A stretch of 37,667 nucleotides of DNA from Akkermansiaceae bacterium (lineage in GTDB: Bacteria; Verrucomicrobiota; Verrucomicrobiia; Verrucomicrobiales; Akkermansiaceae). The notes beneath the pieces were generated by a model, which was not told the origin of the DNA, searched no databases, and was given only the letters and a program-made list of their open reading frames with translations. The translations under genes were made by a program, and so were the position numbers. This document shows, in pieces, positions 19,304 to 27,981 of the stretch. Location: the NCBI GenBank assembly GCA_051251915.1, contig JBPOGF010000029.1, forward strand, positions 1 to 37,667, written 5' to 3'. The number at the start of each line of letters is the position of its first letter. The first letter of the stretch is position 1.

Positions 19304-20128
19304 TTATTTCTGGCATTTTGGGCAGTAGAATGTGGAGCGCTGGCCTTGGACGATGCGTTTGATATTGGATTGGCAGGTGTGGCAGGGCTGGCCTACGCGG
19401 TCATAGACGTTGAGTTGTTGTTTGAAATAGCCAGGTTGGCCGTCTGACTGGATGAAGTCTTTGAGGGTGGTGCCGCCTTGGTCGATAGATTTCTGAAGGA
19501 CTTGGCGGATGACGTCTCTGAGTTTGCTTAGTCTAGGTTTGCTGATTCTGCCTGCTTCACGTTGGGGATGGATGCCAGCCATGAAGAGGGCCTCGCAGGC
19601 GTAGATATTACCGACGCCGACGACGATGTGGTTGTCCATGATGTGTTGTTTGATGGCCTTCTTTTTAAGCTTGGATTTTTCTACGAGGTAGTTTGCGCTG
19701 AAGTCATCTGTGAGTGGCTCGGGGCCGAGTTTGGCGAAGAGTGGGTGTGCGGATATTTCCTGATCTGTCCAGAGAACACAGCCGAATCTGCGTGGGTCGT
19801 GGTAGCGCATTTGTAGGCCGGAGCTGAGGTGGAAGATGACGTGGTCATGTTTCTTAAGTGGGTCATCTGGTGAGGTGATGCGGAGGCTACCTGACATTCC
19901 TAGGTGGATGATGAGGTGTTGGTTCTGGGGGAGGGCGATGAGGATGTATTTGGCTCTGCGGGAGACGCAGTGTTCGCTTGCTAGAGGTAAGTTTTTGATA
20001 TGGTAAATTTCATCACTGACTGGCCAGCGTAGACTGCCGTTTCTGATGTCAATAGAGTTGATTTTTTTCCCGCTGAGGTGTGGGGAGATTCCTTGGCAGG
20101 TGGTTTCGACTTCTGGTAGCTCGGGCAT
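19304..20128 (-). CDS. mutM: Formamidopyrimidine-DNA glycosylase
   Basis: MPELPEVE, RRAKY, HLGMSG, DPRRFG, GVGNIYACE and a C-terminal zinc finger. Confidence 0.98.
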   Translation of the reverse strand: MPELPEVETTCQGISPHLSGKKINSIDIRNGSLRWPVSDEIYHIKNLPLASEHCVSRRAKYILIALPQNQHLIIHLGMSGSLRITSPDDPLKKHDHVIFHLSSGLQMRYHDPRRFGCVLWTDQEISAHPLFAKLGPEPLTDDFSANYLVEKSKLKKKAIKQHIMDNHIVVGVGNIYACEALFMAGIHPQREAGRISKPRLSKLRDVIRQVLQKSIDQGGTTLKDFIQSDGQPGYFKQQLNVYDRVGQPCHTCQSNIKRIVQGQRSTFYCPKCQK

Positions 20129-20191
20129 GTGGGTTCAAATTAAGCAAAAATTGAGATTGCGCAAACTAATACGTCTCGCTAAATACGAGGT

Positions 20192-22495
20192 ATGATGAAA
20201 CCTAAATCTCTTGTATCATTTTGTCTTCCGTGTGTTGCGTTTAGTATGTTCGTGAGTTCGTGTGGTGAGAAGAAAACTACTGATGAAACGGAAGCTAGTT
20301 CAGAGACTCCTGCTGAAGTGCTAGCAGAAAAGTCAACGGAGGTAGAGTCTGCTAATCCTGAGATGGATAAGCATGTAGAGCTGATCAAGGAAGTGCAGAA
20401 GGAGCAAAAAGCGGTTCCAGTGAAAGAGGAGGAAGTGCGTGATGTGGCAGGGTTTGCCAAGCACTTGCCTAAGGATACGGAGATGTTTTTTAATGCGCAG
20501 GATGTGAGTGGGCTGATTAGTTCGATGCGTGGTTCTGAGATTGGTGAGATGATAGCGGAGCTTTCTAAGAAGGAAGGTGATGATGTCGATGAGGTGATGA
20601 AGTCCGCAGAATTTCAAGAGTTCCTGAAGGTTGCTGGTGAAGAGGTGTTTTTCTCAATGGGTGATGGTTCAGCTCAATCGCTTAAGGTGATGGGTGATAT
20701 GTATGGGATTTACTACAAGTTGTATTACTATATGATAGGGAAGTTTTTGGTGGATGCTGTGGAAGGCGGAGATCTGATGCAGGATCCTGAGAAAATGCAG
20801 CAGGTGATTCAGGAGATGATGAAGCCTGTGTTTGAGGAATTTCTCAAGATAGATAGTTATGAGATGCCGAGGATGTATGCTGGATTTAAGGTGAGTAACG
20901 CGGCTGACCGAGCTCGTTATACACAGTTGATTCAAGATACTTTTGCTAAGGCGATGGAGTTGAATGATCAGCCGACGGATATTAAGTTAACCTTTGAGTT
21001 GGATTCGACTGATGTTTATGGGGGGTTCAAGGGGGTGAAGCTTGATTATGGTAAGTTGTTTGAGTCTCTGAAAGATGCGCCAAGTAAGGAGTTAGAGATG
21101 TTAGGGTTTACTGAGGAGGTGATGGAGCAGTTCACGGAGAAGTTCAAAGATTTCAAACTGACGATACTGGCGGGTAACTATGGTGACTATGTGGTGATCT
21201 ATCTAGGCGATACGTCTGAAGGGGTGAAGTTTTTGGAGGATCCGAGTGACTCACTTTTAGCGAATGGAGAAATGTCATTTCTTAAGGAATATAAGAGTAA
21301 GGAAGTGGTAAGCATTAGTTATGTGAGTAAGGAGATTTTCGAAGAGCTTGAGAAAGTAAGCACTGTGATGGAAGATCTGGCTGCAGGGGTAAATCAGTTT
21401 TTGAAGGAAACTGAATCATTTGGAGATACTACGCATATCCAATTGCTGCTTGAGAAAATGGCACTGACTGAGAGGAATTTAGCATCACTCACTTCTTCAA
21501 GTAGATTTGGTAGTGTGGCTTATCTCGAAGATGGATTTAAAATGGATTCTTTTCACGGAAGTGAATCTGCGATGTATGATCTAGATTCTCAAAGAAAACT
21601 GGCAAATATTGCGATGCGAGAGGATGCATTACTCTCATCTAGTTGGGTAGTAAATGAGGAGAATACAGAGCTAGCGATTCAGAATTTGGAGAATTTGGTG
21701 AACCTGGCTTATCAGATTACGAAGCTAACTGTGGAGCACGATATCAAGGATGCTGAGTTTCTGGAATTTGCGGAGATGTTTAAAATGTTAGACGGTCAGT
21801 TCAGTGATGAGTTGTTAACGATATGGAATGCTGCCCGTGAGGGTATGAAGGAAGGTCTAGGCAATGAAGGTGCTATGGTAGTGGATATGCAGGGCAAGAT
21901 GCCACGCGTTCCAGATGTGCCTACGGTGGTGCTTGAAAATGGAAAGATTCCTAGAGTTGCGATAGGTTACGATGTGCTGGATCGGAGTAAGTTGACTCAT
22001 GGTTGGGAACTGATCAACGCGACTAACCAATTGATTGTAGCGAAGCTAGAGCGCCTCACTAACGAGAAGATTAACTATAGAATTCCTGAGCTATCGAAGA
22101 AGGAAGGGATTGATTTCTGGAGTTACCAGTTAGGGATTACATCACATGAGTCTAATTTAGCGATAGGTCTCAATGAGCAGATGATGTTCTTCAATACTTC
22201 GCCGGCATTTGTTGAGTCATTTGTGGCTGACTATGATGCGGATGGGAAGCGTGGGGGGATGGACATGAAGCTTAGATTTACTCCTGTGAGGTCAGCAGCT
22301 CAGGACTGGATGAAATTAGTCGATGAGCATGGAGATGAGTTATCACCGAGCTTTAACCGTGAGGAATTTGAGGAAAGCAGAATGATTATCAACGATGTCA
22401 TCAAGGCTTCTGAGGAAGTGGATAGTCTGGATTTCTCTATGAGGAAGGTTAACGGCGAGGTTAGGAGCTTCTTGCATCTGAATAAACGTAACTAG
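20192..22495 (+). CDS. Large acidic hypothetical lipoprotein
   Basis: 767-aa ORF with lipobox VSSC and an A..LP.D N-terminal motif reminiscent of DUF3352-type proteins. Confidence 0.75.
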   Translation: MMKPKSLVSFCLPCVAFSMFVSSCGEKKTTDETEASSETPAEVLAEKSTEVESANPEMDKHVELIKEVQKEQKAVPVKEEEVRDVAGFAKHLPKDTEMFFNAQDVSGLISSMRGSEIGEMIAELSKKEGDDVDEVMKSAEFQEFLKVAGEEVFFSMGDGSAQSLKVMGDMYGIYYKLYYYMIGKFLVDAVEGGDLMQDPEKMQQVIQEMMKPVFEEFLKIDSYEMPRMYAGFKVSNAADRARYTQLIQDTFAKAMELNDQPTDIKLTFELDSTDVYGGFKGVKLDYGKLFESLKDAPSKELEMLGFTEEVMEQFTEKFKDFKLTILAGNYGDYVVIYLGDTSEGVKFLEDPSDSLLANGEMSFLKEYKSKEVVSISYVSKEIFEELEKVSTVMEDLAAGVNQFLKETESFGDTTHIQLLLEKMALTERNLASLTSSSRFGSVAYLEDGFKMDSFHGSESAMYDLDSQRKLANIAMREDALLSSSWVVNEENTELAIQNLENLVNLAYQITKLTVEHDIKDAEFLEFAEMFKMLDGQFSDELLTIWNAAREGMKEGLGNEGAMVVDMQGKMPRVPDVPTVVLENGKIPRVAIGYDVLDRSKLTHGWELINATNQLIVAKLERLTNEKINYRIPELSKKEGIDFWSYQLGITSHESNLAIGLNEQMMFFNTSPAFVESFVADYDADGKRGGMDMKLRFTPVRSAAQDWMKLVDEHGDELSPSFNREEFEESRMIINDVIKASEEVDSLDFSMRKVNGEVRSFLHLNKRN

Positions 22496-22607
22496 AATGC
22501 GTGGATTTTAATGTGTTGATCTGGCTGTTTATCCTGATATGTTTTGAATTAGTAGGGTGCTGTCTAAGGTATAGGCTAACTCTTACAAATAAATCACTAT
22601 AAAAATT

Positions 22608-23351
22608 ATGAAGAAATTATTATTAACCACGATAGTTACAGCATTTGCAGTTTCTAGCGCAGTTGCTATTAAGATCCCGAAAGGTGTATTTAGGGCAACT
22701 GAAGTAGAAAATGCGAGAGTGGAAGCTGCTGAAGAAGGCGTGTCAGTCGCTTACATCTTGTTCCCTGAGAATATTAAACCCAGTTGACCGATTTGTTCAG
22801 GGACTGTCAGTTCGACAGCAATTGATGAACTTAAGGGAATGAAGACATACACGAGAGTCGTTTTCGTGGATTCCAAGTTAAGAAAGGACATACCCAGTTA
22901 TGCAAACGATGCTTTAAGTTCTGCAGGAGGTTCTTATCCACTACTCGTGTTTATGAGCCCAAATGGTGAGAAGACTTATGGGTCATTCAATCACGCAACT
23001 ATGAAGGGCCAAGATTATAGCAAGATCTTCAAGGATACAAAAAAGAAGATCAGAGAAGCTAAGAAGACTGGCGAACTCAGTGAAACAGGAGCCATTGCTA
23101 CTGCTGAAACAGAAGAGGCAGATACTAGCTCTGAGGTGAGTGATAGCGATGCAGTTGTTATCCTTAGCCCGCGTCTAAGAACTTGGAAGAGCTCAAAGGG
23201 GAGTGAGATTAAGGCTAAGCTCATCAAGTTTGAGAATGGCATCTATCAGCTTGAAACATCACGAGGTAAAGTTATTTCAGTGACCGTGGCTGATCTTGAT
23301 GAAGCGAGTGTGGAGATGGCTGAGGAGATAGTGAATATCAATACAAAGTAA
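22608..23351 (+). CDS. Candidate selenoprotein: signal peptide, thioredoxin-like domain with UxxC (Sec at TGA 22785-22787), C-terminal SHD1-like domain
   Basis: ATG 22608 opens MKKLLLTTIVTAFAVSSAVA... in frame with the listed 22839 ORF. The only interruption is TGA at codon 60, in VAYILFPENIKPS-U-PIC. There is a later SYPLLVF cis-Pro-like motif and a SECIS-like hairpin. Confidence 0.85.
22785..22823 (+). promoter_or_regulatory. Putative bacterial SECIS element
   Basis: CTGTC(22804-08)-AGTTC loop-GACAG(22814-18). The loop begins 21 nt after the UGA with G at its second position, and a lower TTGT/GCAA pairing is possible. Confidence 0.7.
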
Positions 23352-23380
23352 TCGGCCAGAGACTTCATTAATCATTTATA

Positions 23381-23411
23381 AGAGCCTGCATCGATGGATG
23401 TGGGCTTTTTT
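23381..23411 (+). terminator. Terminator of the candidate selenoprotein gene
   Basis: AGCCTGCATC-GATG-GATGTGGGCT followed by a T-run. Confidence 0.8.
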
Positions 23412-23450
23412 GTGGTTTATGTGGGGGGAGGTTGTTATATTATTAAGGGA

Positions 23451-23978
23451 ATGGACGATAGTGAGAAGGTGGATAGGGGGGCTATTATTGCTGCGACTTT
23501 GTTGCAGATCTTTTGTGCGCCATTTATTCTGGTGACTGTGATTGTAGCGCTACTGTTGGGTTTTGTTCCTTTCATCATGGCGATTGAGGGTACGGGATCA
23601 GTGAGAGGATCTTCTGGGGTGATTAATCGGCTCTATGTGTATGGAATTTTCATGACTGTGTTGATCGTTTTCTATAGTGTTTCAACAGGAATGATGAAGA
23701 TGGCGGAGATGATTAAGGCGGCTCATTCTATGAGAGGTAGTAAATCTGCTAAATCTATGTTGTATGAATTTACAGATAATTTACTGGTTCTAGTTTCATT
23801 GGAGCTAATCTTGGGTGGGGTTATGGGGGCTATCGTAGCTGTAATTCAGCTGAATACATTACCAGCAAATGCATTCATTATGGATATTTGCTACGTATTA
23901 TTGATCCTCCTGATTTTAGGGGCTAGTTGTGTGTTTATTAAGAATTACATCTTGGGGCTGGATTGGTGGAGGAGGTGA
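23451..23978 (+). CDS. Hypothetical four-TM membrane protein
   Basis: Four hydrophobic segments; start moved to ATG 23451, downstream of the terminator. Confidence 0.65.
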   Translation: MDDSEKVDRGAIIAATLLQIFCAPFILVTVIVALLLGFVPFIMAIEGTGSVRGSSGVINRLYVYGIFMTVLIVFYSVSTGMMKMAEMIKAAHSMRGSKSAKSMLYEFTDNLLVLVSLELILGGVMGAIVAVIQLNTLPANAFIMDICYVLLILLILGASCVFIKNYILGLDWWRR

Positions 23979-23985
23979 TGTGGGC

Positions 23986-24026
23986 AAAAAAAAACTGCCG
24001 CGAGGGAATGTTTCCGCTCCGGCAGT
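23986..24026 (-). terminator. Terminator of the ECF/anti-sigma/PDZ unit
   Basis: ACTGCCG...CGGCAGT stem next to an A9 run. Confidence 0.75.
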
Positions 24027-24054
24027 GGGTGTGTTTCTTAATGGTGGTATATTG

Positions 24055-25497
24055 CTACTCGTCTATTTTTAGTTCGAGTTTGTTGCCATTTTTAAATGGG
24101 TTTTTGGGGCGGCCTAAGTCTAGCTTTTCGATGAAGTCGCGGAATTCATCTGGGACGCTGGCTTTGTCCATATCGGAAGTGTAAGGTCCGTCGTAGAGGG
24201 GTTTTCCTGAAGGGTCTGTGACTTCGACTTGGCTCTTATCGTTCTCAGTTTTGAAGGTGTAGCGGTTTCCGGTTTGCGGGTCAGTTTTGGTGGTCGAGAA
24301 ACTGTTGGTGCCGAACTTGAATTCTAATCTTTTTGCTCCTTTGGCCTCATTTAGATCGTTGATGTCAGGTAGTTGTAACTTGAGATTCAGCTTTTGCTGG
24401 AGTTCCTTAGGGAGAGCCTGTCTGAGATTTTCTTCTAGGCCGTTCATGCCGTTTAATTTTCTGAGGTCATTGAGTTTTTGCTTCATGCGCTCCTGCCTCA
24501 AATTGTTCCTGCCATTTTTTCCGAGAAAGCCTAGGCCGTTGTCGATGTCGAGGTTCTCGACTCTACCTCGAAGTTCTTCTGGGATATTTTGTTTATCAAG
24601 CTCGGTGTTGTAGGGGCCGCTGTATTGAAGTTTGCCTGCTTTATCGAGTAGTTCGATGACTTTACCATCGTTGGTTGATTCAAGTGTGATGCTGCCGTGT
24701 TCGTCTACCATTTTTACGCGGCTCTGAAACTTACCTTTAAACCTGAGTCCTTTATTGAGTTCTGGGTTGAGGCCTTTTGGGAGTAGGTTGAGGTCGAATC
24801 CTTCTAGCTTGCCGAGGCCTTGTTGTAATTCCTGTAGGTCTAGTCCTTGGAGTTTACCTTTGAAAAGTTTCATGAGCTTTTCGCGGTCTTGTTCTGGGAA
24901 TTTATCTAGAAATTCTTTTGGTAGGCCTAGGTTGCCGAGTTCTTGCTGTCTTTGCTCCCAGCGTCTCTGAGGGCGTGCTCCATTGGCTTCTAGGACTGGT
25001 CTGCCAGTGAGGACGATGTCTTTGGTGGCGGCTTTTCCTTTGGTTATGTATTTTAGAGCGACGACATCACCTGGTTTCTTGGTGGCTATTGCTGCGCGGA
25101 GGTCATTGATGGATGAGATGTCTTTTGCATCTAGGCTTAGGATGATGTCGTGTTTCTTCAGTTCTGCCTTGGCTGCTGGGCTACCGGGTGCTACGAGTTC
25201 TAGCTCTAGGCCGATGCCTTCAGCAAGATTTAAATGTGCTGACAGGGTGTCTGAAATGGGCTCGCCGAAGACTCCGAAGTAGGCAATTTTATTTGCTTCT
25301 GCTGCGGGGTTTACTTCAGGCATAGGGATGGCTTCCTGGGCTACGTTTTCTGGTTGTAGTTCCTGTGCAGGAGCTACTTTTTCTTCCGGCTGTGCTGCTG
25401 GAGTGGGTCGCTCAATTGCAAATAGTGGACTAGATAGAGCTAGTGCTGAGAGTGTGGAATATTTGATAACTGATTTAATAGATTGATAGTTTTGCAT
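24055..25497 (-). CDS. Secreted PDZ-domain protein with two related C-terminal modules
   Basis: Signal peptide; YFGV...L..HL.L..G.G....V.PGSPAAKA.L..HDII PDZ domain; repeated G...Y.GPY....DK...P.E.R. Confidence 0.85.
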   Translation of the reverse strand: MQNYQSIKSVIKYSTLSALALSSPLFAIERPTPAAQPEEKVAPAQELQPENVAQEAIPMPEVNPAAEANKIAYFGVFGEPISDTLSAHLNLAEGIGLELELVAPGSPAAKAELKKHDIILSLDAKDISSINDLRAAIATKKPGDVVALKYITKGKAATKDIVLTGRPVLEANGARPQRRWEQRQQELGNLGLPKEFLDKFPEQDREKLMKLFKGKLQGLDLQELQQGLGKLEGFDLNLLPKGLNPELNKGLRFKGKFQSRVKMVDEHGSITLESTNDGKVIELLDKAGKLQYSGPYNTELDKQNIPEELRGRVENLDIDNGLGFLGKNGRNNLRQERMKQKLNDLRKLNGMNGLEENLRQALPKELQQKLNLKLQLPDINDLNEAKGAKRLEFKFGTNSFSTTKTDPQTGNRYTFKTENDKSQVEVTDPSGKPLYDGPYTSDMDKASVPDEFRDFIEKLDLGRPKNPFKNGNKLELKIDE

Positions 25498-25597
25498 CGT
25501 TATTTACTTAATTAGTTAATGTTTACTGTTAGTTGCATGTAGGAAGCGTTGTGATCTCCAGTTTTTGTCTAATTGCCTTCAATTAGTGTGGGTTATA

Positions 25598-26155
25598 TTA
25601 ATGGACCGGGATAGGGATGAGGACGTGCTCTACGCATGGTTTCTCTGTGACTACAGGTTTTCCATCTTTGTCATGGGTAGTGACTTTTTCAGTGTATTCG
25701 ATACGGAGAACCTTGAAGGGTTCTTCATTTTTGCCAGCGTAGGTGATACCTTCGTTACTGGCGTGGGTGATATTTCTGCTTAGTTCTGGAGCTGAGTTGG
25801 TAGCGACTCTGTCTTCTACGGCAACGGCTGAAGTATGTTGATTCTGCGCGACTACTGGGGTTTCTGGCGAGTTTCCACCCATGAAGACGGCGGTGACGCT
25901 GGTGAGTAGTGCAATAGCGGCTGCTGCTCCCCAGACTTGGAGGTGATTATTTTTGCGTGCTGGAGTGGCTGTTGCTGGGGCGCTATTTTCTAGCTGATTG
26001 AAGGGGACGATTTTTTCCTCAACCGGGAGGTGGGTTTCCCATGCCATCATGGCTTGTTCCATGCGGATGAGCATGTCATCTGGCATTTGAGTGGGACTGA
26101 GATTGGCTAGTTGAGCTTCAATTTCTCTGAGGTCGTTGTCGATTGAGTCGTTCAT
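25598..26155 (-). CDS. Putative membrane anti-sigma factor
   Basis: Directly downstream of the ECF sigma gene; small N-terminal E..L..L.P domain and a single TM helix (WGAAAAIALL). Confidence 0.7.
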   Translation of the reverse strand: MNDSIDNDLREIEAQLANLSPTQMPDDMLIRMEQAMMAWETHLPVEEKIVPFNQLENSAPATATPARKNNHLQVWGAAAAIALLTSVTAVFMGGNSPETPVVAQNQHTSAVAVEDRVATNSAPELSRNITHASNEGITYAGKNEEPFKVLRIEYTEKVTTHDKDGKPVVTEKPCVEHVLIPIPVH

Positions 26156-26203
26156 GAGGAAGTTTGGTTGTGTTGTTGAATGTGTGATTAAAGGGGCTTG
26201 TTG

Positions 26204-26845
26204 CTAAATGTCTCCTGTCTGCTTGGCAGAGGTCAGGTGTTTTTTCAGGGCTTCTAAACCATAGCGGTATCGAGAGGCTGCTGTATTTTGTGAAATATTA
26301 AGTTTTTTTCCGATGTCTGCGAAGGTGAGTTCGCCCCAGATCTTGAGGGTGATTACTGATGCAAATTTTTCTGGTAGTTGTTTGAGTCCAGCTTCGAGGT
26401 AGGTGCGGGATTCATCGTCCGCACTGTTACTCTCGAACCAGGGATCCGCAACTCCTCCGTGCTGAATCATTTTGTCTTTTTCTGATTTTTCTTCTCGTTT
26501 GCCACGTCTGTCTTCTTTTCTACCGAGGTCGATGGCGCATCGTCTTATGCTTGTGTAGAGGTAGGGTAGCCATGATGCCTGTCCGCCGTCAAAGGTGCCT
26601 TCGGCTTCTTTTTTGGCTAATTTTATGAGGGCGTCTTGGAGTACATCTTCCGCATCTGCGATGGATCTGGTCTGCTGGCGAGCGAACAGTAGTAGCTTGG
26701 AGCCGTGCTCCCGGAGCCATTCAGCCCAGCTTAGTCCCTCAACAGGTTTAACCGCTGCAGAGGTATTGTTCACTTCTCTCTGATTTTGATCAGAAGAAGT
26801 CGCTGAAGCTGTGTTGCTTGCCATAGGTGGTGGATCTTCACTCAT
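26204..26845 (-). CDS. ECF-type RNA polymerase sigma factor
   Basis: DAEDVLQD, YLY..IR..AID..R and L..LP.....VI.L......TF..I...L.IS.NT.ASRYRYG; start uncertain (26845 or 26824). Confidence 0.93.
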   Translation of the reverse strand: MSEDPPPMASNTASATSSDQNQREVNNTSAAVKPVEGLSWAEWLREHGSKLLLFARQQTRSIADAEDVLQDALIKLAKKEAEGTFDGGQASWLPYLYTSIRRCAIDLGRKEDRRGKREEKSEKDKMIQHGGVADPWFESNSADDESRTYLEAGLKQLPEKFASVITLKIWGELTFADIGKKLNISQNTAASRYRYGLEALKKHLTSAKQTGDI

Positions 26846-26914
26846 TAAGCGGTTATCGTTCGGTATTTTGTTCAAAAAAGTGGGTTTTGTTACGATTTGT
26901 TAGAAAAAGGTAAG

Positions 26915-27604
26915 CTATGATTGGGTATTTTCCAGTTCTAATTTGGCTTGGCGGGTTTCGCCGGCGATGTTGGTTTGCCAGTATTTATCGGTGTTGACGT
27001 CTAGGCAAGTGAGCCAGCCTCCTCTGCCAGGGTCTGTGTCGATGCAGACGGCGTGGCCTAGATTGAGTGGGAGAAATGATTTCTGGGCGGTGTGGCCGCA
27101 GATCATGGTTTTGCCGGATTGGTGAGGGAGGGGGGTGCCGAATTTTTTGTGTATGGTGGTGAAGGGGAGTTGGTGTTCGACTGGGATGTCGTGTTCTAGG
27201 TTGGCGTGGACGAAGATGTGGTTTTCTGTTTCTGCGATGGATTGGCAGGTGCGGAGGAATTCCCAGTGGCTTTGAGGGACGTCTTGTATGCCGTTTGGAC
27301 CGTATGATTCTAGGGTTTCTTTACCTCCCCAGTATGCGAGCCAGGCATCTAGTTCTGTGCTTCCGTGAGTGGCTAGCCAGAATTTTTCTTCATGGTTTCC
27401 GGAGAGGAATGTGATGTTGAACTGGGGTTTGAGGCTGATGAGGAAGTCGATGACTCCTTTGGTGTCTGGGCCGCGGTCAACGTAGTCACCGAGGAAGATA
27501 ATGTGGTCGTTTGGTTGGGGTTGGATGGTTTCCCAGAGTAGTTTGAGTGGTGCTAGGCATCCGTGTATGTCTCCAATTGCTAGTGTGCGTCCAGTGGTGT
27601 TCAT
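26915..27604 (-). CDS. Ser/Thr protein phosphatase family metallophosphoesterase (PphA-like)
   Basis: GDIHG, GDYVDRGP, GNHE, HA, CGHT and IDT. Confidence 0.92.
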   Translation of the reverse strand: MNTTGRTLAIGDIHGCLAPLKLLWETIQPQPNDHIIFLGDYVDRGPDTKGVIDFLISLKPQFNITFLSGNHEEKFWLATHGSTELDAWLAYWGGKETLESYGPNGIQDVPQSHWEFLRTCQSIAETENHIFVHANLEHDIPVEHQLPFTTIHKKFGTPLPHQSGKTMICGHTAQKSFLPLNLGHAVCIDTDPGRGGWLTCLDVNTDKYWQTNIAGETRQAKLELENTQS

Positions 27605-27744
27605 GGGGGGAGGTTAGGGGAGGGTGGTGTTTTTTTCAAGTGGGGATGCTGTTTGATTTTTGGTTTTTTTTTGGGGAGAGTTGATTCGTTGCGCTTATCA
27701 ACTGGGGCACTCAAACGGTGTTCGAATCCAAGGTTGTTCTACGC

Positions 27745-27777
27745 AAAAAAGCCTAACAATGTTGTTAGGCTTTTTTT
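27745..27777. terminator. Bidirectional terminator in the distal repeat copy
   Basis: AAAAAAGCCTAACAA-TG-TTGTTAGGCTTTTTT. Confidence 0.8.
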
Positions 27778-27938
27778 GAGATAAATTGGAGGCGGAGGTG
27801 GGATTGGCTTTTGCTCCGCAACAGCCTGTGCGGGGGTGGTGAAATCCTCCTCCGGATTTCACGTTAGGGGAGAGTTATTTCGCTGCGCTCATTAACTGGG
27901 GCACTCAAACGGTGTTCGAATCCTTGGCTACTCTACAT

Positions 27939-27965
27939 AAAAAAGCCTAGCATTACTGCTAGGCT
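27939..27965 (-). terminator. tRNA-Cys terminator
   Basis: AAAAAAGCCTAGCA-TTAC-TGCTAGGCT. Confidence 0.8.
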
Positions 27966-27981
27966 ATAATTATTTTTAAAT

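Noticed and set aside
22785..22787. UGA reassigned to Trp or Gly (genetic code 4 or 25)
   Set aside because: Other genes use TGG for Trp, run without internal TGA, and use TGA as a stop (944-946, 23976-78, 30085-87).
22839..23351. 170-aa ORF as listed in the track
   Set aside because: It is better explained as the 3' part of the read-through gene starting at 22608; alone it lacks the signal peptide and redox motif.
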